Positions 1 to 7,960 of a stretch of 25,286 bases of DNA are shown one piece after another. The notes below the pieces were generated by a model that was given only the letters and a program-made list of their open reading frames with translations, ran no database searches and was not told the origin of the DNA. The stretch is from a virus (taxonomy: Duplodnaviria > Caudoviricetes). The first letter of the stretch is position 1, and each line of letters begins with the position of its first letter. The position numbers were made by a program, and so were the translations under genes. The stretch spans positions 1 through 25,286 of IMG/VR virus record IMGVR_UViG_3300025018_001617. One strand, 5' to 3'.

Positions 1-192
1 TGAGTAAAGCTGTGAGCCAAGCTGTGAGCCAAGCTGTGAGTCAAGCTGTGAGTAAAGCTGTGAGTCAAGCTGTGAGTAAAGCTGTGAGCGAAGCTGTGAG
101 TCAAGCTGTGAGCCAAGCTGTGAGCGAAGCTGTGAGCGAAGCTGTGAGCCAAGCTGTGAGCCAAGCTGTGAGTAAAGCTGTGAGTAAAGCTG
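1..192. repeat. 12-bp tandem repeat, 16 copies of TGAGnnAAGCTG, encoding S-Q-L-[Y/G/D/R] on the minus strand
   Basis: Read directly. Only unit positions 5-6 vary (TA, CC, TC, CG). Confidence 0.95.
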
Positions 193-417
193 TGGGCTGT
201 GTTCCAACTTCTTATCACCCACAATAAACTTAATAACATCTACTGCGTTTTGAATTGACTCCGCTATTAAAACAGTTTTATCTTCTCCAAATAGCTCTTT
301 TGTTACTTTGACTGATTTTTCTCTGTCTAAGGGTTTACTGGCAACCCGAATCCATTTTTCTAAGTATTCGGGTATTTGTGCCTCTTGTTCTGCTGTAAGT
401 TTGGTGATTTTCTTCAT
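1..417 (-). CDS. DUF6745-like tandem-repeat phage protein (partial, runs off the window start)
   Basis: Not in the ORF track. ATG at 417 gives MKKITKLTAEQEAQIPEYLEKWIRVASKPLDREKS... followed by (SQLx)n repeats, open to position 1. The N-terminus and repeat style resemble DUF6745-family phage proteins. It starts 2 nt after the stop of the 419-760 gene. Confidence 0.7.
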   Translation of the reverse strand, partial: MKKITKLTAEQEAQIPEYLEKWIRVASKPLDREKSVKVTKELFGEDKTVLIAESIQNAVDVIKFIVGDKKLEHSPQLYSQLYSQLGSQLGSQLRSQLRSQLGSQLDSQLRSQLYSQLDSQLYSQLDSQLGSQLGSQLYS

Positions 418-418
418 G

Positions 419-760
419 TTAATCCCTTACTCTCCTAATTGCATTTCCAAAGTAGTCAAACTCCCTTTTAATGATTATCTGGTAAGAGCTTGGCAGAACC
501 TTGTGGGATTTGTGAGTATCATTCCCAGTCTTCTGGTGCCATAATTCTGCGATTTCTAGTACTTCCACATAGTTTTCGCCATTAAAGCTGTAGATCTTAA
601 ACTTAGACATATCTACCTTATCTTTTACTTCCAAGATATGGTGGTGTCCGGTTTCTGAGTGAGCAATAATCGCCTTGTGGGTTTCTTCCTTAAGAACAGC
701 CCCTTTTGGAATGCTTGTAATTTGTTTTAGGAGAACTTCTCCATGTCTTATTATGTTCAT
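419..760 (-). CDS. Conserved phage hypothetical protein (RHGEV...HSETGHHH motif), typical neighbour of DUF6745-like genes
   Basis: 113 aa with a His-rich motif, adjacent and co-oriented with the repeat gene. Confidence 0.7.
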   Translation of the reverse strand: MNIIRHGEVLLKQITSIPKGAVLKEETHKAIIAHSETGHHHILEVKDKVDMSKFKIYSFNGENYVEVLEIAELWHQKTGNDTHKSHKVLPSSYQIIIKREFDYFGNAIRRVRD

Positions 761-803
761 AATTGTTTATTTAAGTTTACGCTGTATTTGTGCCAGCAGA
801 GTT

Positions 804-995
804 TCATCTGATAAGTTCATCTTTAACAACCTCTCTCACCTCCTTGGTGATCTCCAAACCAAACTCGTCCGCCAATTCTATAAGCTGAACCGTATCCAAG
901 CTCGCCAACCAAGCTTCATAAGCGTCAGGCATATCATCATCTATGCTTTTGTAGTGCTTGGCGTGTATTTGTCTTAAATAGTCTTCAAAGTTCAT
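804..995 (-). CDS. Hypothetical protein (63 aa, MNFEDYLRQ...)
   Basis: ORF track gives 804..1049. The ATG at 995 is preferred because it avoids overlap with the upstream gene and follows an A-rich leader. Confidence 0.6.
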   Translation of the reverse strand: MNFEDYLRQIHAKHYKSIDDDMPDAYEAWLASLDTVQLIELADEFGLEITKEVREVVKDELIR

Positions 996-1005
996 GGTTT
1001 TAAGG

Positions 1006-1533
1006 TTAGAAGGGAATTTGCTCGTCCTCATCTCTTTCTGGGTATTCAATTCCAGTAGAGAGACCAGCCTTCTCCTTCATTTTGTTAATAATTTGTGCTA
1101 TTGGTGTTTTCTTTTCAAGTTCCGCTTTCTCCTCATCTGTCACCGGAGTTACTTTTGGTGAGGCTATGACCGAGTATCTTCGTTCCATACCTTCACCTGT
1201 AACTGTCACCTTCAAATCGTAAGGCATAGGAAACCCTTCAAACGCATATTCATCATCCACCATAAACGCCTGTATCTGTTTAATCACCGAGAAAGGGAAT
1301 TTCACAATCTTAATCTCGTTGTTTGGTCTGACAGCACACCAAGCCCACCCCTTAGTAGATGCCTTTTCAGGTCCTTGGTACTTCTCATCAACTAATACAT
1401 ACTGTCCGTCCCTAAAATACTGTTTCACCGCTACTGGTCGGGTTAATACCCTTAATTTAGTCTCGCCTTCCTTGAAATTAAAGTATTCACTTTCCTTCTT
1501 TTCTTCTGGGAATCCCCAATTGTCGTTTTGCAT
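1006..1533 (-). CDS. Putative single-stranded DNA-binding protein
   Basis: 175 aa; YFNFKEGETKLRVL N-terminal motif, beta-rich core, acidic C-terminal tail ending DEDEQIPF, as in SSB tails. Confidence 0.6.
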   Translation of the reverse strand: MQNDNWGFPEEKKESEYFNFKEGETKLRVLTRPVAVKQYFRDGQYVLVDEKYQGPEKASTKGWAWCAVRPNNEIKIVKFPFSVIKQIQAFMVDDEYAFEGFPMPYDLKVTVTGEGMERRYSVIASPKVTPVTDEEKAELEKKTPIAQIINKMKEKAGLSTGIEYPERDEDEQIPF

Positions 1534-1720
1534 GATTTATTCTTTTATAAGCCCTTTTTAATGTTTGTATGATGTCCACCTGTCTTGAATCTAACGCCTC
1601 AAACTCCTCTGAACTCAATGTTTTCTCTTGAATGTACCTGTCTAAGACCTTATTGAACTGGCTCTCCGGCATCTTTCTTTCTGAATAAGTCCTTAATATC
1701 ACTGTATGAGTCTGGTACAT
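1487..1720 (-). CDS. Hypothetical protein (probable start at 1672, MPESQFNKVLDRY)
   Basis: ORF track; co-oriented within the early cassette. Confidence 0.5.
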   Translation of the reverse strand: MYQTHTVILRTYSERKMPESQFNKVLDRYIQEKTLSSEEFEALDSRQVDIIQTLKRAYKRINHAKRQLGIPRRKEGK

Positions 1721-1793
1721 TCTCGCCTGTCACCTCTACTTCTACCTCCACAAAACCATACTGTTCTGTGGGAATATGATATTTTACTTTCAT
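1650..1793 (-). CDS. Small hypothetical protein (47 aa, MKVKYHIPTEQYGFVEVEVEV...)
   Basis: Translated by hand; ATGA overlap with the HTH gene stop at 1790-1793. Confidence 0.5.
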   Translation of the reverse strand: MKVKYHIPTEQYGFVEVEVEVTGENVPDSYSDIKDLFRKKDAGEPVQ

Positions 1794-1978
1794 TTGAGTA
1801 TTGGTTTAGCACCCCTTTTAATCTTAATTGTGTGTCCCTTCGCTCTTAATTGATTGATCCAAGTGGAGACGGTTCGTACTGTGACTCCTAAAGTCTCTGC
1901 CACATGTTTCAACCCCCGCCCTTCATCAACCAATCTAGGTATAGACATCACCTCTTCTTCTGTTAGTCTTTTTTGCAT
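1790..1978 (-). CDS. Helix-turn-helix DNA-binding protein
   Basis: 62 aa with an HTH pattern, GLKHVAETLGVTVRTVSTWINQLR. Confidence 0.75.
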   Translation of the reverse strand: MQKRLTEEEVMSIPRLVDEGRGLKHVAETLGVTVRTVSTWINQLRAKGHTIKIKRGAKPILK

Positions 1979-2118
1979 AATGCTTCTAGTTTATTAATGT
2001 ATTCTGTCATCTCCTCCACAAATAATTCAATGGTAGGAATATAACCTTGGTGAGCTTTGGCATCGCCCCACTCCTTGGTTGCATTCACCACCGCTCTAAT
2101 AAATTTTATTTTGTCCAT
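1963..2118 (-). CDS. Small hypothetical protein (51 aa, MDKIKFIRAVVNATKEWGDAK...)
   Basis: Translated by hand; fills the gap and overlaps both neighbours slightly. Confidence 0.5.
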   Translation of the reverse strand: MDKIKFIRAVVNATKEWGDAKAHQGYIPTIELFVEEMTEYINKLEALCKKD

Positions 2119-2270
2119 GTTTCTACCTTATCACCTTCTAAATTATATTCCAATACCCCTCCAATCAATTCTGTGGATAACCACCCAATGACCAGAATAA
2201 GGCTCAATATAGCTACTAATATGACTATTGCCCACCATGGGTTTTCATTTTCCAGTTCTAGTTTTTCCAT
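2106..2270 (-). CDS. Small single-pass membrane protein (54 aa)
   Basis: MEKLELENENPWWAIVILVAILSLILVIGWLSTE...; hydrophobic segment; TAATG coupling to the upstream micro-ORF. Confidence 0.55.
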   Translation of the reverse strand: MEKLELENENPWWAIVILVAILSLILVIGWLSTELIGGVLEYNLEGDKVETWTK

Positions 2271-2356
2271 TATGGTACTAGGCACATATTAACTTCCGGT
2301 CTTGCCAAAATCGCCCACACGATCAACCCCAAAGCTATGATTATTGCTATTTTCAT
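2270..2356 (-). CDS. Hydrophobic micro-protein (28 aa, MKIAIIIALGLIVWAILARPEVNMCLVP)
   Basis: Translated by hand; ATGA coupling upstream and TAATG coupling downstream. Confidence 0.45.
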   Translation of the reverse strand: MKIAIIIALGLIVWAILARPEVNMCLVP

Positions 2357-2424
2357 TTGTTTATTATTAACTTGTAAGCCCTCGCCACATAGCATTCCAA
2401 AACGCTGTTGTAGTAAGTTGTCAT
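2353..2424 (-). CDS. Micro-ORF (23 aa, MTTYYNSVLECYVARAYKLIINK)
   Basis: Translated by hand; starts 8 nt after the 2432 stop and ends in an ATGA overlap. Confidence 0.35.
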   Translation of the reverse strand: MTTYYNSVLECYVARAYKLIINK

Positions 2425-2431
2425 GTTAGTT

Positions 2432-2746
2432 TTAATTTCTTTCTTTATAACACCTTTCACACATACCGTCAGGGAATGAACCACTTTTACCACACTTAAT
2501 ACATGACTCGTCTGTAAATAACTCTTCTACCACTTTGTTGTAGTCCTTTTCGCTATAATCCTGTGATGTCATACTTACCTCATCCTGTTCAAGGTGATAG
2601 ACTACATTCTTCACTTCCTCTCTGGTTAGGTTTAATGCCTTCAAGGGATAATGCTTCTCGCAAAACTCACCATCTTCTGTCTGTAACTCTTGGCAATCGC
2701 CATGTGTACAGATTAAGGCTTCTTTGTCGTTTTGTGTTTGTGCCAT
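2432..2746 (-). CDS. Cys-rich, putative Zn-binding hypothetical protein
   Basis: 104 aa with CTHGDC...CEKH and CIKC...CERC motifs; AT-rich leader. Confidence 0.65.
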   Translation of the reverse strand: MAQTQNDKEALICTHGDCQELQTEDGEFCEKHYPLKALNLTREEVKNVVYHLEQDEVSMTSQDYSEKDYNKVVEELFTDESCIKCGKSGSFPDGMCERCYKERN

Positions 2747-2800
2747 ATTTTTATATTATTACTTATTAATCTGCTTGAGATCTGTCGCTGTATGCTTTCG

Positions 2801-2840
2801 CCCTCATCACTAGCCCTAAGTGTTAGGGACAGTGTGAGAG
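2801..2840 (-). promoter_or_regulatory. Intergenic interrupted hairpin, possible RNase III-type processing or regulatory stem
   Basis: Minus strand reads CTCTCA-CACT-GT-CCCTAA-cac-TTAGGG-CT-AGTG-A-TGAGGG: three stacked helices with an internal loop and a bulge, and no U-tract. Confidence 0.45.
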
Positions 2841-2842
2841 TA

Positions 2843-2953
2843 CTAGCCGAATACTGCTATTATCCAATTCGCCATCAATACATTCATCACAAGCCCACCA
2901 ATAATGAAACCGATAACGAGTCCGCCTATAAATGTTTTATTTGGGTCTTTCAT
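2843..2953 (-). CDS. Small membrane peptide (36 aa, MKDPNKTFIGGLVIGFIIGGLVMNVLMANWIIAVFG)
   Basis: Translated by hand; first ORF of the leftward cassette; hydrophobic with GxxxG motifs. Confidence 0.45.
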   Translation of the reverse strand: MKDPNKTFIGGLVIGFIIGGLVMNVLMANWIIAVFG

Positions 2954-3155
2954 AAATTATGTTTACTTATAATCTAGACACATCTACACTATAAACAATA
3001 TAGGAATATAATCAAGAAGTATATATAGAAGTTATACACAGTTTGGCTAAGTAGAGCCATATTCTCCCCACAATAGAAGACAATAAGGAAGATATGTCAA
3101 TAGATTACACCACACCAAACAAGACAAAAAACCCTATATTGTAAATAATAGGTGT
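2954..3155. promoter_or_regulatory. Divergent AT-rich control region between the early and morphogenesis transcription units
   Basis: Strand switch. Leftward sigma70-like TTGATT-N16-TATAGT (3015..2988) and a DnaA-box-like TTATACACA at 3032-3040. Confidence 0.5.
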
Positions 3156-3629
3156 ATGACAATGAAACCCCGCCACCAAAAACTACTAGAGGAGTTACCA
3201 AAGAATGGATATAAGGTAAAGCCATCAGCAGTAAAAGCTGGCTATTCTCCTATGTATGCAGACAAAAACCCTCGCCAAATAGTACAATCCGCACTAAAGG
3301 CTCAAGCAAGAGAGATATTAGAGACAGTAGATAGTAAGAGTACAAAGCTCGCCAAGCAAGACCTCGCCAGTATTATAGGTATGAATAGGGAGGAAGTATT
3401 TAAAAGGCTAAGATACATAGCAAATCAAGACAAAGACTTAAGTACAGCCCTCAAAGTATTGGCCCCATTATCTAAAGACTTAGGAGTTCCCCTTGATAGT
3501 GATGATGGTGTGAAAGTCACAGTCCCTGTCCTTAACATAGGTGTAAGAAACGGCTCCTTGCACTCGCCAGAGGGCTTAACAGAGCCACATACCGATAGCC
3601 CACCACACATACAGGACGCCGTACAATAG
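3156..3629 (+). CDS. terS: Terminase small subunit
   Basis: N-terminal SAVKAGYSPMYA motif typical of the TerS HTH; lies upstream of terL. Confidence 0.7.
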   Translation: MTMKPRHQKLLEELPKNGYKVKPSAVKAGYSPMYADKNPRQIVQSALKAQAREILETVDSKSTKLAKQDLASIIGMNREEVFKRLRYIANQDKDLSTALKVLAPLSKDLGVPLDSDDGVKVTVPVLNIGVRNGSLHSPEGLTEPHTDSPPHIQDAVQ

Positions 3630-3772
3630 GTATTGTGCGACATGGTGTATATCTATATATAGCTAGTCATGGGGGGGTAGATGCAACCATTTTTATTGTG
3701 AGCCTTAAGTTATATATATGTATATACTCCAAAAATGACCAATCTACTAATACACATTAGTGTGTATGAGTA

Positions 3773-3976
3773 ATGAGAAGAGGAATCAACCATAAACGAA
3801 TAAACTTCACCTTAGATCCAGAAACTATAGCCTTGCTTAATAAATACAAGGAATGGGGTACTCCTTATAGTGTGCATGTTAGGCGGTGTGTTAAGGCTTA
3901 TGAGTTTCGTAAGTCCGGGCGGGCCCAACACTCTGAATCACAAGATGTTGAAGAAACCTGGTATGAAATAGATTAA
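3773..3976 (+). CDS. Small ribbon-helix-helix (CopG/Arc-like) DNA-binding protein
   Basis: KRINFTLDPETIALLNKY...YSVHVRRCVKAY fits a beta-strand plus two helices. Confidence 0.5.
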   Translation: MRRGINHKRINFTLDPETIALLNKYKEWGTPYSVHVRRCVKAYEFRKSGRAQHSESQDVEETWYEID

Positions 3977-3996
3977 TATTGATTACAACGTAAATC

Positions 3997-5427
3997 ATGG
4001 AAGAAACTCTTAAACAATACGAAGATCTAGGTAAGAAATGGTTATCTGGAGAAGTAATCATTGAGTCTTTTGGTGATTTCAAACTAACCCCCAAACAAAT
4101 AGAGTTTATTAACAATAAAGACCCAGAACTTCTTATCTCTGGAGGTTATCGTTCCGGCAAGAGCGTCGCCCTCATTATAAAGCTCTATCTCCTTTCAATG
4201 TTCTTTCCAGGTAACTCCATCCTCCTAGGAAGGAAATCCAGAAGTGATATTGACTCCACCCTTATACCAGCCATCCAAGAAATCTTTCCCCCAGGAACCT
4301 ACACCTATAAGGTGGGCCCCGGAATCATAGAATTCCCTAATAAATCACAAATATTACTCTATGGGCTCGATACTGCTGTTTCAGGAGACGATACCAAGAA
4401 AGCCACCCAGAAAATCAGAGGCCTCAACCTCGGTGGGGCGGCTATTGACCAACTTGAAGAGGTGGATGAACTCCTATGGGAGCAGTTATCTGGTCGTATT
4501 TCCCGAAACGTTCCCTTTAGACAGAGATTTGCCACAACTAACCCAGCCAGATTCTGGGCATACACCCACTTTAAGGCCAAACCAAAGCCCGGAACCCACC
4601 TGATTGAGACGGGTATGATGGACAATAAGGCTAACCTGCCAGAAGGATTCATTGAACAACAGCTTACTAAGGGGGATATGTATGTTAGACGCTTTGTATA
4701 TGGTGTTTGGGACACGGAAACCATGGTTGATGGGCGAGTCTTCCCAATAGAGGTGGATAAAGACCAGTTTCTAATATCAAAAAAGCCCATCAGAGAGATT
4801 TCAGGCATAAAAATCTTCCACGAACCCCAAAACCATGAATATCAGATTGGGATAGACCCTTCAACGGGGGCAGAAGACCCCACTTCTATCATTACGGTGG
4901 ATAAATTCACTGGTGAGGTCGCCGCCACCTTCTCTGGATATGTTCCTACCCACGTCATTACAGCTAAAACCATCATCTTAACCGAGATGTACAACAAACT
5001 GAAAAAACCCTTAGTTGTCCCTGAGGCCACGGGTATTGGGCAGGCACTCGTTGAAGACTTAAAAAAACAATACGACCATATTTACGAACGTGAGGTATTC
5101 TCCAAACGAATTCAAAAGAAAATAGATAAACTGGGATTCTCAACCAACTACGCCACCAAACTTCAACTCATAGAAAATATGCAAAAACTCTTTCAAGCCA
5201 AATGGCCTAAACTAAGAGATGAAGACCTCATAGAAGAAATTCGCTCATTCATATGGTCTGACGAGGCTAAAATGAAGGGTGCTGGTGCCCCTTACCCTTA
5301 TCACGATGACAGGGTGATGGCCATGATGCTTGCCTACTGGAACCTCAAACCTCTAAACAATAGACAAAAGAACCATATTCTAAATCGACAAAAATCAATA
5401 ACTAAAGTTTACTATGAGTACAATTAA
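3997..5427 (+). CDS. terL: Terminase large subunit
   Basis: Walker A GGYRSGKS, Walker B-like AAIDQLEE, coupling motif TTNP, nuclease motifs IGIDPSTG and HDDRVMA. Confidence 0.95.
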   Translation: MEETLKQYEDLGKKWLSGEVIIESFGDFKLTPKQIEFINNKDPELLISGGYRSGKSVALIIKLYLLSMFFPGNSILLGRKSRSDIDSTLIPAIQEIFPPGTYTYKVGPGIIEFPNKSQILLYGLDTAVSGDDTKKATQKIRGLNLGGAAIDQLEEVDELLWEQLSGRISRNVPFRQRFATTNPARFWAYTHFKAKPKPGTHLIETGMMDNKANLPEGFIEQQLTKGDMYVRRFVYGVWDTETMVDGRVFPIEVDKDQFLISKKPIREISGIKIFHEPQNHEYQIGIDPSTGAEDPTSIITVDKFTGEVAATFSGYVPTHVITAKTIILTEMYNKLKKPLVVPEATGIGQALVEDLKKQYDHIYEREVFSKRIQKKIDKLGFSTNYATKLQLIENMQKLFQAKWPKLRDEDLIEEIRSFIWSDEAKMKGAGAPYPYHDDRVMAMMLAYWNLKPLNNRQKNHILNRQKSITKVYYEYN

Positions 5428-7154
5428 TGACTGACCAAGATACAAGAAAACTAATCCAGTCTTTCTACGAGGATGTAGAAATGCCTGGTGGGTGGACACG
5501 CAACCAATCCGAAGTCCTCAAGATGGTGGACAGATTTTACCATTCACAATTTAAAAATGGTAAGTACGACGCTCAGGGCTTCAGAAAGTTTTTCTACAAC
5601 ATTGTCACCCCAGCTTGTGACATCGCCACCAAGTTCATCGACCTAGACACCAGAGACATCATCCTCACCCCAGAGCACAACAACGACGAGCTCCGTGTTT
5701 TCCTCATGCAACGAAGACTCAAGCAATGGCTCAAGGATTCAGATTTTGGCATATTATTAAACGACATCACCCACACCTGGCCTATCTACGGACACCTGGT
5801 AATCAAAAAGTCTAAGAATGGATGGACTAACGTCCCTCTTCAAAGTCTCCGAAATAACCCGTCGGCTAAAGGCATTGTCACCAATGACTTTGTTGAGGTG
5901 TATTCAATGACCCCAGACGAAATGCCAAAAGAATGGGACACCACCAAACTCCTTGAAAGAGGGGAGATGGATGAGTTTGTTATCTACGACTGTTTTACTA
6001 AGACTAAGAAAGGTTGGAAACGAGAAGTTAAGGGAGACCTCTGGGCTAAACGTGTAGGTGGGGGCATACAGCGCTCAGTTGAATCTGAGATAAATACCCG
6101 AGGTACTGACTGGGTGGGTTCTGTAGTTCTTTTTGAAGAAGATCTTAAGGAACACAACTACCGTGAACTCAAATGGAAGCATGTACCAGGTTCAGCTCTT
6201 GGAATTGGTTATGTTGAATACCTCGAAGACAACCAAATCGCCAGAAACGAAACCGAGAACCTTGAGAGAAAGTCCCTCGCTATCCACTCCACACCACTAT
6301 TTTGGTCTGCAGATGAGGAACTCTCAGGCAAGAACACTGTCGTCAACTACCAACCAGGAAACATTCTCTATACTCCTAGTGGTCTTAACCCTGTTGCTAA
6401 CGAAGCTCGCAATCTTCCACAGTTCCAAGAGACTCGCCAGAACTGGGACTCTAATACTGAGAGAAAGACATTTACCTCAGACATCACTACTGGTGCCTCA
6501 CTTCCTTCTCGTACCCCTCTTGGGGTGGCAAACCTCCAAGCATCTCTTGCCTCCTCCTTCTTTGAAAGGAAACGAGAGGAGATGGGTCTATTCATCAAGC
6601 GTCTTTTGATGGATGACATCATTCCAAACTTCGCCACCGACACTGCTCAGGAGCACACTATGATATTCTCCTGCGCTGACGAAGAGTCTAACTACCTAGA
6701 CGACGCCATTACTGAAGCCCTCGTAGGAGAGAAGATAATAAAATATACCGAGAAGACTGGATGGTTCCCTTCTGTGGAACAGAAAGAACTCCTTCGTATG
6801 CAGGTCAAAGACAAGTTGAAAGGAAAGAAACAACGCTTCTTAAAGATCCCAAAGAACTTCTGGAAGAACGCCAAATACATGGTGGATATCAACATCACAG
6901 GGGAATCTTCAGATGTGTCCGTAAAATCTCAATTAGTTCAGATGGTTCTTCAAATCGCGGGTACGAACCCAATGGCTCTCCAAGACCCAACCTCTCGTTC
7001 TTTAATCTTCAAACTATTAAGCCTGGGAGGAATCTCACCAGTAGAACTTGGACTTACTTATCAATCAAAAGACCAGCCACAAATGCAACCACAGGTAGCT
7101 GGTTCTTTAGCAGCCCCACAAGCAATGGGTATGCCTAGCTCACAAACTATTTAA
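5427..7154 (+). CDS. Portal protein (P22-like)
   Basis: 575 aa directly after terL with TAATG coupling; helical character and a Q/P-rich tail. Confidence 0.8.
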   Translation: MTDQDTRKLIQSFYEDVEMPGGWTRNQSEVLKMVDRFYHSQFKNGKYDAQGFRKFFYNIVTPACDIATKFIDLDTRDIILTPEHNNDELRVFLMQRRLKQWLKDSDFGILLNDITHTWPIYGHLVIKKSKNGWTNVPLQSLRNNPSAKGIVTNDFVEVYSMTPDEMPKEWDTTKLLERGEMDEFVIYDCFTKTKKGWKREVKGDLWAKRVGGGIQRSVESEINTRGTDWVGSVVLFEEDLKEHNYRELKWKHVPGSALGIGYVEYLEDNQIARNETENLERKSLAIHSTPLFWSADEELSGKNTVVNYQPGNILYTPSGLNPVANEARNLPQFQETRQNWDSNTERKTFTSDITTGASLPSRTPLGVANLQASLASSFFERKREEMGLFIKRLLMDDIIPNFATDTAQEHTMIFSCADEESNYLDDAITEALVGEKIIKYTEKTGWFPSVEQKELLRMQVKDKLKGKKQRFLKIPKNFWKNAKYMVDINITGESSDVSVKSQLVQMVLQIAGTNPMALQDPTSRSLIFKLLSLGGISPVELGLTYQSKDQPQMQPQVAGSLAAPQAMGMPSSQTI

Positions 7155-7390
7155 TGAAACTTACACCTCAAGACTTGGCAATGTTTAAAGTCCTGTCCGG
7201 CTCAGATGTGGGTTTAAATATGACAGATTACCTAAAGAGGGTTATTGATTATATACACGATTCTCGCTCGTGGAAGGGTGATGAGGACAAGAACTCAGCA
7301 TCTTTAGCTGGTAGAGCAATAGACGAGTTGATTGTCAAAAAAATCAAACCTTCTCAAACGCATCAAAAAGTAGGGGAAGTATACGAATAG
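7154..7390 (+). CDS. Hypothetical protein between portal and scaffold
   Basis: 78 aa; TAATG coupling to the portal gene. Confidence 0.7.
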   Translation: MKLTPQDLAMFKVLSGSDVGLNMTDYLKRVIDYIHDSRSWKGDEDKNSASLAGRAIDELIVKKIKPSQTHQKVGEVYE

Positions 7391-7447
7391 ACTAAGGGGG
7401 GCGCCGCATCCACAAACGCGCTTTATTAGAGAATCCAAACTCAGAAA

Positions 7448-7948
7448 ATGGAAAATGAAACAGAGGAGCAGGTAACTCAAAATGAACCTGTAGTAACCCC
7501 AGAGGAGAACGACAATGTCGAAATCTCTAAAGCCGAACTGGAGGAACTTAGAAAGAAGGCAGAAGTTTCCGAGCAGAACTATGCCCGATTAAAAAAGGCA
7601 GAAGAAAAGCTCAAGGAAACACCATTACCCACGGAGAAACCTGGGTTAGACCTTGGCACAGTCACCACCTTCGTAAGAGCAACCCGCGACTTAACTGACG
7701 CAGAACTCCAAGAACTGGCTGGCGAGGCTGAAAACCTAAAAGTTGATGTGACTACCTACCTTACTTCTAAGGCGGGCAAGGCTCACCTTTCAGAATTCAG
7801 ACGCACCAATAAGTCTACCGAGGCAACTCCATCTCCTTCAAGCAAAATCAAGACCTTTAACGGTAAACCCGTTTCAGACATCTTGAAGGACCCCGAAGCT
7901 ACGGCTTCAGAAAAGCAAGCAGCATTCGAGGCCCGCATGAAGGCTTAA
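7448..7948 (+). CDS. Putative capsid scaffolding protein
   Basis: Acidic N-terminus, coiled-coil, positioned immediately before the major capsid gene. Confidence 0.65.
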   Translation: MENETEEQVTQNEPVVTPEENDNVEISKAELEELRKKAEVSEQNYARLKKAEEKLKETPLPTEKPGLDLGTVTTFVRATRDLTDAELQELAGEAENLKVDVTTYLTSKAGKAHLSEFRRTNKSTEATPSPSSKIKTFNGKPVSDILKDPEATASEKQAAFEARMKA

Positions 7949-7960
7949 CCTTAACACTAA

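Noticed and set aside
1-227. Repeat as a CRISPR array, or the plus-strand ORF (SQAV)n as the real gene
   Set aside because: The units are 12 bp with no spacers. The minus-strand frame has a proper start, a non-repetitive N-terminus and matches the orientation of its neighbours.
2785-2815. Hammerhead ribozyme (minus strand TGATGAG...CGAAA)
   Set aside because: The core needs CUGANGA but reads GUGAUGA, there is no stem II between the motifs, and the bases are used in the long hairpin.
7391-7447. Possible structured leader upstream of the scaffold gene
   Set aside because: It is GC-rich, but only short, ambiguous pairings could be drawn; unsupported without covariation data.
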